Made by a program: the position numbers and the translations under genes. From assembly GCA_963763665.1 (NCBI GenBank), contig CAVXPT010000005.1:573122-637121 (forward strand): a stretch of 64,000 nt of DNA. The letters are read 5' to 3'. The notes below the pieces were generated by a model. The model saw nothing but the letters and a program-made list of their open reading frames with translations, had not been told where the DNA came from and did no database searches. Every line of letters starts with the position of its first letter. The first letter of the stretch is position 1. This DNA is from an uncultured Acidobacteriaceae bacterium (GTDB lineage: Bacteria > Acidobacteriota > Terriglobia > Terriglobales > Acidobacteriaceae). Positions 1 through 9,883 of the stretch are shown here, piece after piece.

Positions 1-1916
1 GCTCGCTCAACGGCGGGAGCACCTTTCCGCCGGTCGCTGTCAGCAAAGGGAAAGTCCACTTCGATCATCACGCTCTCGCTTTTGGAACAACGGCTTCCCC
101 TTTCACTCCCGTCTATGTTGGCGAAGACGGCGGCCTCGCCCGCACCGACACCGGAGGAGCCGTATGGTTCCACCTCAACGAGACCTTCGCCACCAGCCTC
201 ATCTTTGATCTCGACATCGGCCGCGGCGCGGGCAACCACGACTTCACCTACGCCGGAATGCAGGACACCGGTACCGGGGGCCATCGCACTGGCGATGCTG
301 CGCTCGATTGGCACGTCGTTATAGACGGCGATGGCAAGCGAGTCGCAGTCGATCCCTCCGATCCGGCGACTGTCTACGGCTTTGAAAACGAATTCTTTGC
401 CCGATCAAAGAATGGTGGAACAGCATGGCAGAGCAGCGACGCGACGCCCCGTGTTGTCGGTATCGGCCTTCCCAACACTAAGAACGTGACCCTCCGGCTC
501 GCGCTCAATCCCAACGGCACGATTCCTGCTCAGCGAGTGGTCTACGTCACGCAAGGCAGCAAACTTTTCCGCAGTACCAACGGCGGGGTAAATTTCGCGG
601 AAGTCACCCCAAAGGTTCCCTTCAGAAGCGACATCGTCGACATGGCATTTGTCCCCGGCGACGCCAACCGCATGTGGGTTGTGCTCGCCGATGGCACTGT
701 CCACTTCACCTCTGACAACCTGCAAACCTGGGACGCTCCACCGTTTCAAACCAATCCTGGCGGCAGCGGTGTCATCAGCGGCATTGCAATTGACCCCAAC
801 CACACTGACCAGGCGGCAGTCTGCTATCTAAGCTTCTCCGGGAAAAACGCACGTTCCCGCACCGCGCATGTCTTTCTCAAAAAAGACGGGGTGAACAACT
901 GGGTAGACGCGAGCGGCTCCGACGGGACAGGGCCCAACGGCAACCTTCCCGATCTGCCCTACTATGACATCGCGTTTGATGGCAGCACCAATCCTTCTAC
1001 CCTCCTGGTCTCGACCGCCAACTCCATCCTGTGTAGCCTCGACCTCGGCAACAAATGGCAGGTCTTCGGCCCTGGTCTGCCCAACGTCTTCTGCACGTCG
1101 CTTGCGATCGACAATGTTGACACTGCGGCAAACCCGCGCGTTCTCCGCGTCGGGACATACGGGCGCAGTTGCTTCGAATTCACCAAAATTACGGCCGCGC
1201 CCCACCTCGTTGTCCAGGGCAGCCTCGCCTTCGACCCTGTTGTCCCCAGCCAGCCGCGCGTCCTTGTCCTCACGCTGTTCAACGCGGGCAATGCTCCACT
1301 CAACATTAGCGCCATTACAGGCGGCAGTACCGAGTTCACTCTTGCCAATCCCGTCCTTCCGCCGCCCATCGCGCCTGGCGACAAGCAGCTTGTGGGAGTC
1401 CATTTCCAACCTGCCGCCGCTGGCATTTTCAAAACCACTTTCCAGATCGCCAGCAATGACCCCTCCGGCCCAGTCACGATCCATGCCAGCGGCCAGGCCC
1501 TTGCCACCAGCGGCAACTCCCGTCTCTCCGTGCGCGGCAGCCTCATCTTCGGTACGGTGAACACGGGCGACTCCGTTTCCCTTACATTCACCGTCTTCAA
1601 TACAGGAAATCGCGAACTCAACGTTCTCGGTGTGAGTCGTAAGGATGGCAGCTCCGACTTTGAATTGCTCTCGCCGCCTGCGTTCCCGCTTCTGCTTCCG
1701 CCGACGATTGACCAGGAGTTTACGGTTCAATTCAAACCCAGCAGCAACGGTCTCCTCACGGCCACTTTTCAAATCGACAGCGATGCGAGCCGCGCTTCTG
1801 TCGTCATGGACGCCAGCGGGACCGGATCCTCCCACATGAGCAAAGTGCTCATCGTGGTCATCGTCATCTTGGGCGCGGCAATCGTGGTGGGTGGCATCTA
1901 TGAAGCGACAAAATAG
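1..1916 (+). CDS. BNR/Asp-box beta-propeller surface protein with two C-terminal Ig-like (choice-of-anchor-D / HYDIN-like) domains and a C-terminal TM anchor; 5' end truncated by the window edge
   Basis: The frame starting at nt 3 is open from the window edge, so track ORF 258..1916 is only its Met-initiated part. Four Asp-box-like motifs are present (SKNGGTAW, STNGGVNF, SDNLQTW, SLDLGNKW). Two tandem ~100-aa repeats follow (LVVQGSLAFDPV..NAGNAPLNISAI.. and LSVRGSLIFGTV..NTGNRELNVLGV..). The protein ends in a hydrophobic helix, VLIVVIVILGAAIVVGGIY. Confidence 0.7.
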   Translation, partial: SLNGGSTFPPVAVSKGKVHFDHHALAFGTTASPFTPVYVGEDGGLARTDTGGAVWFHLNETFATSLIFDLDIGRGAGNHDFTYAGMQDTGTGGHRTGDAALDWHVVIDGDGKRVAVDPSDPATVYGFENEFFARSKNGGTAWQSSDATPRVVGIGLPNTKNVTLRLALNPNGTIPAQRVVYVTQGSKLFRSTNGGVNFAEVTPKVPFRSDIVDMAFVPGDANRMWVVLADGTVHFTSDNLQTWDAPPFQTNPGGSGVISGIAIDPNHTDQAAVCYLSFSGKNARSRTAHVFLKKDGVNNWVDASGSDGTGPNGNLPDLPYYDIAFDGSTNPSTLLVSTANSILCSLDLGNKWQVFGPGLPNVFCTSLAIDNVDTAANPRVLRVGTYGRSCFEFTKITAAPHLVVQGSLAFDPVVPSQPRVLVLTLFNAGNAPLNISAITGGSTEFTLANPVLPPPIAPGDKQLVGVHFQPAAAGIFKTTFQIASNDPSGPVTIHASGQALATSGNSRLSVRGSLIFGTVNTGDSVSLTFTVFNTGNRELNVLGVSRKDGSSDFELLSPPAFPLLLPPTIDQEFTVQFKPSSNGLLTATFQIDSDASRASVVMDASGTGSSHMSKVLIVVIVILGAAIVVGGIYEATK

Positions 1917-2392
1917 TTCCCACTTCCTCCCAGTGCCTTTTGGCATCCCGCAGGCGAGGTAACACCGGCGGCGCAGGATCAGTTCAGCTCGGTAGCGGTT
2001 CGCCAAGCCACCGATTTACTCGAATCCTGAACGGCACCCTGTCGATTTCGCCTCTAGGACACGTTCAACTGAGCGTAAGCGGTCGCGTCCAATGATGCTG
2101 CTTTCTTGGGATCGATCCGTGCCCGACGGCCATGCGGGAGGAACCCGTCGTACCGGGGGACCTCCTCGCTCTTCGATTTGCTGAAAGAATAGGACAGAGT
2201 CTTCGCTTCATCGCGGCGGTCTGCGAATGACGCCAAGCAACTGCCATGGGGACAGATAACCGGCGGACCTGAAAGGCCGCCTCAGCCTGGTCGATTCCGG
2301 GCGTCGATTGAGTGCCGCTGTCTCCAACGAGGCGCCGGGTAAGCGCAGGTGACATTTCTTCTTCATGCACAGAGAACGGTATTGATGGTCCT

Positions 2393-4687
2393 ATGCGGAT
2401 TTTGAGTTTGCGATTGATTGTGGCGTTGATTGTTGGGGTCACTCTGGTGTCCCTGGCCTCGTCCTGGTATCAGGTCCAGGCGGAGAAGGACGCTCTGCGC
2501 CGCGACCTGGAACGGAAGGCCGAGACATTTGGCGAGAGCCTCGCCGGGAACGCGGAGTATTATCTGCAGGCCGGAGACAGGCCTGGACTCGAGCGGATGG
2601 TCCAGCGCTTCAGCGACCGTGATCATCTGCTGGGAGTCGGCGTGTACGATCGGGATCTCTTTCCTTTGGCTGTGACTCGCGACCTTAGTGACGTCCTGCC
2701 GGGAAATCCGCCAGCGCTTACTGACGCAATGGCGAACAATCGTCATGAGACCAGGTACACGCGGTTGCACTTCAAGCGGCTTTACCTGCTGGCCGCGCCA
2801 TTACACGCCGTGAATAGAAGCGTCGCGGGCGGGATGGTCATCGTTTACGATACCGCCTACATTCGCGCTGAAATCTTCCGCGTCTGGAGCCGGGTGTTCG
2901 TCCACATCGCCGGCCTGGCGCTTGTGATCGTAGCCATAACATTGCTGATCGTGCGCTGGAGCCTCGCCGGGCCGATCGCACGCGCCGCACAGTGGATGAA
3001 GACACTGCGTACAGGACGGCACGCCATCCAGCCTGAAACCGTGGAGCTCGATTTTCTGCAGCCGTTGGCGCGGGAGGTGGCTCCACTGGCGGAGAGCATG
3101 CGCCAGGCACGGGCGGCGGCAGAGATCGAAGCGAGGCTGCGGAATACGAACGAATCGCTGTGGACCGCAGAGCGGCTCGCCGACCATGTCCGCACGAAGC
3201 TGGAGGGCAGCGGCTTATTTGTGATCTCCAATCGCGAACCATATATTCATGGCCGGCAAGGCGGCACTATCACGGTTACGGTTCCAGCCAGTGGCCTGGT
3301 TACGGCTCTTGAGCCGATACTTCGCGCCTGCCATGGAACCTGGGTGGCGCAGGGAAGCGGAAATGCCGACAAAGAAACCGTAGACAGTCATGACCGGTTG
3401 CAGGTTCCTCCAGACGATCCTCGCTATACGCTCCGCCGCGTCTGGCTCAGCGCGGAAGAGGAGGAAGGGTACTACTACGGCTTTGCCAATGAAGGTTTGT
3501 GGCCGCTCTGTCATATGGCGCATACCCGCCCGACATTTCGCGCCACGGACTGGGAATACTACAACCAGGTGAATGCTCGATTCGCCGATGCAGTTGCGGA
3601 AGAGATGGCGAACGAGAAGCATCCTGTAGTCCTGATCCAGGATTACCACTTCGCTCTATTGCCGCGGATGGTGAAAGAGCGGATGCCCCACGCCAGAGTT
3701 GCGATCTTCTGGCACATTCCCTGGCCCAATCCTGAAGCGTTCAGCATCTGTCCATGGCAACAGGAGCTGCTGGATGGTCTACTCGGCGCGGACTTGATCG
3801 GATTTCATGTCCAGGCACACTGTAATAACTTCCTCAGTACCGTGGATCGCGTGCTTGAGGCACGGGTGGATTGGGAGCACTTTTCTGTCAAACGCAAGGA
3901 CCATTGGTCATCCGTGTTGCCGTTTCCGATCAGCGTGGAGATTCTTGATGAGTCGGACTCTCCGGCGGAAAATGATGCAGCAGAGGAACGCAGTGCACTG
4001 ATCGCGGAGCTAGGAATTGAAGCGTCGTTGCTGGGTGTGGGCGTGGATCGGGTGGACTATACCAAAGGCATCCTCGAACGCTTCCAGGCGGTTGAGTCAT
4101 TTCTCGAAGCCCATCCGCGCTATCAGGGGAAATTCACCTTTGTCCAGATTGGCGCCCCCTCGCGCAGCCACATTCAACGATATGCCGACTTTCAACGAGA
4201 GGTCGCAGATGAGGCTAACCGCATCAATGAACGGTTCAGACGTGGTAAATGGAAGCCGATTGTCTTCCTGAATCGCCAGCACAGCCATCAGGAGGTACAG
4301 CGTTATTATCGCGCGGCCCACCTGTGCATGGTCACGTCCCTGCACGATGGGATGAACCTTGTGGCCAAGGAGTATGTCGCTGCACGCCAGGACGAACGGG
4401 GGGTGTTGATCTTGAGCCGGTTCACTGGCGCAGCGAGGGATCTGCGGGATGCGGTCATCGTCAACCCGTACGACATTCGCTCCACTGGAGAAGCGATAGC
4501 GGGAGCCCTGGAGATGGATGTTGCTGAGATGGTCGACCGGATGAGGCGCATGCGGAGATCGGTGACAGAGCACAACATCTACTGGTGGGCAGCCACCCTG
4601 ATTGGAGAACTCTGCGAACTTCGTCTAACGAGAGGAGGAGCATTAGCTCCGGTCCGCGGGACGAAGATGGAGACACATGGCCCATAA
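2393..4687 (+). CDS. otsA: Trehalose-6-phosphate synthase (GT20, OtsA-type) fused to an N-terminal two-TM sensor / HAMP-like module
   Basis: GT20 motifs are present: YYYGFANEGLWPLCH, IQDYHFALLPRMV, GVDRVDYTKGI, LHDGMNLVAKEY. They are preceded by ~275 aa containing TM1 (ILSLRLIVALIVGVTLVSLASSW), a ~165-aa extracytoplasmic segment, TM2 (VFVHIAGLALVIVAITLLIV) and an amphipathic linker. I prefer ATG 2393 over the track GTG 2312. Confidence 0.85.
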   Translation: MRILSLRLIVALIVGVTLVSLASSWYQVQAEKDALRRDLERKAETFGESLAGNAEYYLQAGDRPGLERMVQRFSDRDHLLGVGVYDRDLFPLAVTRDLSDVLPGNPPALTDAMANNRHETRYTRLHFKRLYLLAAPLHAVNRSVAGGMVIVYDTAYIRAEIFRVWSRVFVHIAGLALVIVAITLLIVRWSLAGPIARAAQWMKTLRTGRHAIQPETVELDFLQPLAREVAPLAESMRQARAAAEIEARLRNTNESLWTAERLADHVRTKLEGSGLFVISNREPYIHGRQGGTITVTVPASGLVTALEPILRACHGTWVAQGSGNADKETVDSHDRLQVPPDDPRYTLRRVWLSAEEEEGYYYGFANEGLWPLCHMAHTRPTFRATDWEYYNQVNARFADAVAEEMANEKHPVVLIQDYHFALLPRMVKERMPHARVAIFWHIPWPNPEAFSICPWQQELLDGLLGADLIGFHVQAHCNNFLSTVDRVLEARVDWEHFSVKRKDHWSSVLPFPISVEILDESDSPAENDAAEERSALIAELGIEASLLGVGVDRVDYTKGILERFQAVESFLEAHPRYQGKFTFVQIGAPSRSHIQRYADFQREVADEANRINERFRRGKWKPIVFLNRQHSHQEVQRYYRAAHLCMVTSLHDGMNLVAKEYVAARQDERGVLILSRFTGAARDLRDAVIVNPYDIRSTGEAIAGALEMDVAEMVDRMRRMRRSVTEHNIYWWAATLIGELCELRLTRGGALAPVRGTKMETHGP

Positions 4688-4818
4688 TGCACATCGAAGG
4701 ATCGCCAGGCGCTTCAGGCTGCGAGAGTCGGGAGTACAGATCAAGTCCAATTGCCCGAACCTCCTGCTATCTACGACCATCGAGACGATTCGTTCGAAGT
4801 GCCCTTGCACTCATTCAA

Positions 4819-7128
4819 CTAACCCGCCCGCGTTCCTAACAGGTCCTCGATTCGCACCGGAAGCTTACGTACTCGTACTCCCGTAGCGTGGTAGACAGCT
4901 GCGGTGATTGCCGGTGCAATGCCTGCCAAGCCAATCTCTCCGATGCCCCGCGCGCCATATTCATTGAGCACAGGGTCCGGAATGTCGAGAAAGTGTACGT
5001 CTATCTGCGGCGTGTCAGCGATGGTCGGAACGATGTAGTCGGCGAAATTGTCATTAATGGGGTGGCCATTGCGCGGATCGTAGATGGTTTCTTCGAACAG
5101 TGCCATACCAATCCCCATGACAATGGCGCCTGCCATCTGATTGGTGGCGGTTCTCTTGTTCATGATGCGGCCGCCGTCGACCACGCTCACGACACGGCTG
5201 ACACGCAACCGAGCGATGCCTGGATCCCACTCTACTTCCACAAATTGCGCGCCAAAGGAATGTGTTGAGTAATTGTGAGATCTGGGATCCGCGCCGAGGC
5301 CTCCACTTTTTCCATCGCCATTGGCGCTGGCAAGATTCGCCGTCCGCAGTATGTCCTGATACGGCACTCCACTCTCAGGAGACCCACTTTTCGCATGTAC
5401 GCGACCCGCGGCTAGCGCAATTGAATCTAGTTCCCTGCCTTGAAATGGCGAACCTTTGGTGCCGGATGCAACCTTCAGAACCACGTTTACGGCTGCATTC
5501 GCCGCATCAATGATCGCTGGTATGAAGGTAGATGTCGCAGTAGAGCCGCCAGAGGTGGGGCCAGGTGGCAGCGAGCTGCTGCCCAGAACAACATCTATCT
5601 TGCCAACGGGAATGCCTGTCTTGTCGCTCACAATTTGAGCAATCACGGTATATGTGCCGGTACCGATGTCCTGCGTGCCGCAGCTCACACGCGCGGTGCC
5701 GTCATTGCGCAGCTCGACCGATGCCTCACAAACCCCGCGATTGGCGCCCCAGGACGCAGCAGCCACACCCCATCCGAGGATGAGATCGCCTTTGCGCATG
5801 GAACCAACGTCTGGCATACGATGCGACCACCCAAACCTCTCCGCGCCTACCTGCAGACATTCTTTGAGGTGCCGCGACGAGAAGGGTCTGTTCTTCTCTT
5901 CATCCGTGAGGGTGTCAAGCGAAAGCCGTAACTCAACAGGATCTTTTCTCAGCTTGATGGCGAGCTCATCCATCGCAGATTCGACTGCGAAGAGGCCTGG
6001 AACAGCGCCGGGACCCCGCATGGGCGTAGGCGTACCGACATTTCGGCGGAGCAGCGCGGAGGTCACCTTGAGACTTGGCGTGCTGTAGAGGAAAGGCGTC
6101 GCTTCGCCGCAATTCTCACGGATATCGTCTCCATAGCTGGTGTGGTTGCGATAGTCCTGCTGTAGAGAGACCAGCTTGCCGTCCGGCGTCGCGCCCAGGC
6201 GCATCCGCTGTTGCGTGAGTGGGCGATGTCCAGAGTTCGAAAACATCATCTTGCGGCTCAGCGTGAGCTTGACCGGCCGTTTGAGTTTCCGAGAGGCCGC
6301 CGCCGCAATTGCCGAATGAGGCCACGGGAAAAGCTTGCCACCGAAGCCCGAACCAATAAATCGCGATACCACTTCAACGTTTTCCTTAGGCTCGCCAAGC
6401 ACCTGGGCCATCACCTTCTGATGGTTCATCACGCCTTGCGAGGATTCGTATAGCGTGTATCGCTTGCCGTCCCACACCGCAACCGTGGCATGCATCTCCA
6501 TCGGATTGTGGGTCTCGACCGGTGTGATGTAAACCTCATCGACCTTGACCGGAGCCGAAGCAAATGCCCCGTCGGTATCGCCGCGATGACTCATGACACG
6601 CGGGCCGCCGGGCTGTCCCTCGGCAGGCAAGCTATCTGATAAGGAAGAATCCACGTTGACCTTTGCAGGCTCGTACTCCACCCGTACAACGGCTGCGGCG
6701 GCTTGGGCCTGCTCAAAAGTCTCCGCAACGACCGCCGCGACATACTGTCCCCAGTAGTAGACCGTCTCATCTTCGAATGGCGGGCGGCTCTCGCTGCTGC
6801 GGCCATCACCCGGGGCGTTCCGGTACAGCGGCATGATATTACCGTGATGCATCACCAGCAGCACGCCCGGCATCGCTTCGGCAGCAGTGCTATCGATCCG
6901 GCGAATCGTGCCGCTGGCGACTGTCGCGCGGACCGGCACTGCGTAAACCAAGCCGGGGAAATTGTAATCCGAGGCGTAGCGCGCCATGCCGGTTGTTTTC
7001 AACGGACCATCGATACGCGGCACCATTGCGCCGATGACCGGGGACGGCGGCGGCGCATTGGGATCGACGACCTTTGGTGCAGCACCGTCCTGGCTGCCAA
7101 TGAACTCAACCAGCTCTTCGAACATCAT
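4819..7128 (-). CDS. Xanthine-dehydrogenase-family molybdopterin-binding large subunit (PaoC/YagR-like aldehyde oxidoreductase)
   Basis: About 770 aa with typical XDH-family large-subunit blocks (IDGPLKTTGMARYASDY, GSGFGGK, GTPTPMRGPG, GARGIGEIG). It is third in a small / FAD / Moco gene order. I prefer ATG 7128 (or 7125) over the track TTG 7161. Confidence 0.85.
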   Translation of the reverse strand: MMFEELVEFIGSQDGAAPKVVDPNAPPPSPVIGAMVPRIDGPLKTTGMARYASDYNFPGLVYAVPVRATVASGTIRRIDSTAAEAMPGVLLVMHHGNIMPLYRNAPGDGRSSESRPPFEDETVYYWGQYVAAVVAETFEQAQAAAAVVRVEYEPAKVNVDSSLSDSLPAEGQPGGPRVMSHRGDTDGAFASAPVKVDEVYITPVETHNPMEMHATVAVWDGKRYTLYESSQGVMNHQKVMAQVLGEPKENVEVVSRFIGSGFGGKLFPWPHSAIAAAASRKLKRPVKLTLSRKMMFSNSGHRPLTQQRMRLGATPDGKLVSLQQDYRNHTSYGDDIRENCGEATPFLYSTPSLKVTSALLRRNVGTPTPMRGPGAVPGLFAVESAMDELAIKLRKDPVELRLSLDTLTDEEKNRPFSSRHLKECLQVGAERFGWSHRMPDVGSMRKGDLILGWGVAAASWGANRGVCEASVELRNDGTARVSCGTQDIGTGTYTVIAQIVSDKTGIPVGKIDVVLGSSSLPPGPTSGGSTATSTFIPAIIDAANAAVNVVLKVASGTKGSPFQGRELDSIALAAGRVHAKSGSPESGVPYQDILRTANLASANGDGKSGGLGADPRSHNYSTHSFGAQFVEVEWDPGIARLRVSRVVSVVDGGRIMNKRTATNQMAGAIVMGIGMALFEETIYDPRNGHPINDNFADYIVPTIADTPQIDVHFLDIPDPVLNEYGARGIGEIGLAGIAPAITAAVYHATGVRVRKLPVRIEDLLGTRAG

Positions 7129-7176
7129 CGGGATTGCCCTCCACCGCGATTGACATCGCAACTTCTCTCTTGAGCG

Positions 7177-8181
7177 CTACGCAGACTGAGTGGACACAGT
7201 GAGTGCACGCACGATGCAGCGCTTCGCGAGCTCGACCTTGAATCCGTTCTCGCTCGCGGGCTGCGCGTCCTTCAATGCCGCTTCCGCCGCTCGGCGAAAA
7301 GTCGCAGAGTCCGCTCGTTCGCCGAGCAAGACGCGCTCTGCTTCGTGAGAACGCCAGGGGACCGTGCCGACTCCACCCAGGGCAACACGCGCATGCTCGA
7401 TTCTGTTGCCCTTCATCTTGACGATGATCGCTGCGGAGGCGAGTGCGAACTCGTAGGCAGCGCGGTCGCGCAGCTTCAGGTAATGCGACCGAGAGCCAGC
7501 AATGGGAGCCGGCAGTGTGACGCTGACAATCAGGTCGCCGGGCTCCAGAACATTCTCCCGGTTCGGTGTTACACCGGGCTTGAGATAGAACTCCTGGATT
7601 GGGATGCTGCGCTTCCCTCTCATCCCCTGCACCTGAATCGTCGCTTCCAGCGCTGTTAAGGCGACATTCTGATCCGATGGATTCGAGGCGATGCAATCTT
7701 TGCTGGTGCCCAGAATGGCAAGCGTACGATTGTGACCGTCGATGGCGGAGCAGCCGGTACCAGGCTCGCGCTTGTTGCAGGCATGCGCCGTGTCACGGAA
7801 GTACATGCAGCGGGTGCGCTGCAGCAGATTGCCCGCGGTCGTTGCCATGTTGCGCAATTGCGGTGACGCACCGGAGAGCAATGCCTGGGAGAGTACCGGG
7901 TAGTCGCGCTGGACAACCGGATGGTGAGCCACGGTAGAGTTTCGCGCCAGCGCGCCGATGACCAGACCGCCATCCGGCGCGGGGTCGATCCGCTCAAGCG
8001 GAAGAGCATTGATGTCGATCAGCTGCTTCGGCTGCTCCACATCGAGCTTCATCAGATCCACCAAAGTGGTGCCGCCTGCGACAAAGCGAACATCCGCATA
8101 CTGTTGTGCTGTCTTCGACTTGGCTCCGCCATGGACGGCTTGATCTAACGTGGCCGGCCGGCTGTACTGAAAGGTTTGCAT
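7177..8181 (-). CDS. Xanthine-dehydrogenase-family FAD-binding subunit (PaoB/YagS-like)
   Basis: It has an N-terminal FAD-binding block (VRFVAGGTTLVDLMK), a CO-dehydrogenase-flavoprotein-like C-terminus, and sits between the Fe-S and Moco subunits. Confidence 0.85.
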   Translation of the reverse strand: MQTFQYSRPATLDQAVHGGAKSKTAQQYADVRFVAGGTTLVDLMKLDVEQPKQLIDINALPLERIDPAPDGGLVIGALARNSTVAHHPVVQRDYPVLSQALLSGASPQLRNMATTAGNLLQRTRCMYFRDTAHACNKREPGTGCSAIDGHNRTLAILGTSKDCIASNPSDQNVALTALEATIQVQGMRGKRSIPIQEFYLKPGVTPNRENVLEPGDLIVSVTLPAPIAGSRSHYLKLRDRAAYEFALASAAIIVKMKGNRIEHARVALGGVGTVPWRSHEAERVLLGERADSATFRRAAEAALKDAQPASENGFKVELAKRCIVRALTVSTQSA

Positions 8182-8222
8182 GCGCTACTCCGTTGCACTG
8201 CGAAAAAGATACGACCGTTTGG

Positions 8223-8918
8223 TTAGGAATTGCGGCGCACTGCTTGGACAGCGGCAATGATGTTGGGATATGCACCGCAACGGCAGATATTTCCGTACAT
8301 CGCCTGCTTGACGTCATCGTCGGAGGGGCCAACAGGCTCGCCCAGCAGAGCTACAGCGGACATGATCTGACCAGAGGTGCAATAGCCGCACTGATATCCA
8401 TCGTGTTCCACGAAGGCGGCCTGCATAGGATGCAGATGATCCGGCTGACCGATGCCCTCGATGGTTGTGATCTCATCCGCCGAGTGCATCACGGCAAATG
8501 ACAGGCACGAGTTCACACGTTGGCCGTTCACATGCACCGTGCAGGCTCCGCACTGCCCGTGATCGCAGCCCTTCTTCGTGCCAGGCAGGTTCAGATTCTC
8601 CCGCAGACAGTCCAACAGCGTGGTCCGAGGATCGAGGCGAAGGACGTGATTTTTCCCATTGACCCGCAGTGTTACCGGTACTGTACCCGCTGATGCTTGA
8701 GTCTCCGACGCTGCGTCCACAGCGGGTGATTCTTGTGTAGCAGCCGCCGCAAGGACAGGTGAAGCAGTTGCTGCGATTCCGGCTGCGCCAAGGTGCGACA
8801 GAAAGGACCGGCGAGTGACTCGCCCGAAGAGTGGCTGTTCCGCACTGATCTCCTGCTGTTCTTTCTCGGGAACCTCGATTACGGGTGCGGGCTTTTTCTC
8901 GTTGGCCAAAGGAAACAC
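8223..8918 (-). CDS. [2Fe-2S] small subunit of the molybdoenzyme with a twin-arginine (Tat) signal (PaoA/YagT-like)
   Basis: Tat motif TRRSFLSHLGAAGIAATA. Two 2Fe-2S cysteine clusters (CDHGQCGACTV and CGYCTSG ... CRCG). Confidence 0.85.
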   Translation of the reverse strand: MFPLANEKKPAPVIEVPEKEQQEISAEQPLFGRVTRRSFLSHLGAAGIAATASPVLAAAATQESPAVDAASETQASAGTVPVTLRVNGKNHVLRLDPRTTLLDCLRENLNLPGTKKGCDHGQCGACTVHVNGQRVNSCLSFAVMHSADEITTIEGIGQPDHLHPMQAAFVEHDGYQCGYCTSGQIMSAVALLGEPVGPSDDDVKQAMYGNICRCGAYPNIIAAVQAVRRNS

Positions 8919-8995
8919 CTCGATCTTCGATCTTCGAAATGTCGTCGATCAGTTACATTCCTCTACAGATCGGCGGCTGTGGTGATGTGCAAGCT

Positions 8996-9883
8996 TCAAC
9001 CGCGCAAGCTCGCCGGTGGATGATTCACGGTGGATAGCTGGTCGTACGCGGTCTGAGACATTTCGAGAGCCGCAGCCGCGATATTTTCTTCCAGATGCTT
9101 GATCGAGGAGGTTCCGGGGATCGGCAGGATCACTTTGGAGCGCTTGAGCAGCCAGGCCAACGCGACCTGCAATGGCGTCGCATGAAGCTCATTCGCAGCT
9201 CTCTTGATGGCCGCATGTGCCTCCTTCGCTTGACCGAGCGGCGCCCACGGAAGAAAAGCAATGCTGTTCTGCTCGCAATAGTCGACGACGAAATCGGATT
9301 CGCGGTCGGCAAAGCTGTAGCGGTTCTGTACCGAGACGATCGGTACAATCTTCCGAGCGCGCTCAATGTGCTCGCGAGTCACATTCGACAAGGCTACATG
9401 GCGAATTTTGCCTTGATCGCGTAGCTTCGCCAGCGCTTCCATTGAAGCTTCAAAGGAAACTGCATTATCCGGAGCGTGAAGCTGATAGACATCGATCCGG
9501 TCAAGATGCAGACGCTTCAGACTACCTTCAAGAGCTTCTGTGAGATGTTTGGGGCTGGCATTGTGCGTCCATTGACCCGGACCCGGCCGTTCCCATCCAC
9601 CCTTGGTCGCGATGACCAGGTCGACAGGATAGGGATACAGTGCTTCGGCGATCAACTCTTCAGATGTACCAGGACCGTAGGAGTCCGCGGTGTCGATCAG
9701 ATTCACACCGAGTTCAAGGGTCCGCCGTAGAGTGGCTAGTGCGGCGGTTTTGTCTGCAGGTGGTCCCCAGACTCCCTGACCGGTGATGCGCATCGCGCCA
9801 TAGCCCATCCGGTTGACCGTTAGATCACCGCCAATCGTGAATACGCCAGCGGCGGCGGCTGAAAGTATCTCTACTTTACTCAT
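8996..9883 (-). CDS. Aldo/keto reductase
   Basis: AKR blocks are present: GYGAMRITG, IDTADSYG, HLDRIDVYQLH, IPGTSSIKHLEEN. ATG at 9883. Confidence 0.85.
   Translation of the reverse strand: MSKVEILSAAAAGVFTIGGDLTVNRMGYGAMRITGQGVWGPPADKTAALATLRRTLELGVNLIDTADSYGPGTSEELIAEALYPYPVDLVIATKGGWERPGPGQWTHNASPKHLTEALEGSLKRLHLDRIDVYQLHAPDNAVSFEASMEALAKLRDQGKIRHVALSNVTREHIERARKIVPIVSVQNRYSFADRESDFVVDYCEQNSIAFLPWAPLGQAKEAHAAIKRAANELHATPLQVALAWLLKRSKVILPIPGTSSIKHLEENIAAAALEMSQTAYDQLSTVNHPPASLRG

Noticed and set aside
828-2006. 392-aa minus-strand ORF, plus the similar long antisense ORFs at 39081..40373, 45093..46319, 48249..49499, 52901..54046, 34890..35702, 38516..39259, 59413..60132, 60211..61167 and 63089..63874
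   Set aside because: All are fully nested opposite genes with clear family signatures. All have biased low-complexity composition. None shows any motif I can recognise.
2054-2236. 60-codon minus-strand ORF (TTG start) between the BNR gene and otsA, with G/C-rich third codon positions
   Set aside because: It has no recognisable family and only a weak start. It is too short to separate from chance in GC-rich DNA without homology or expression data.
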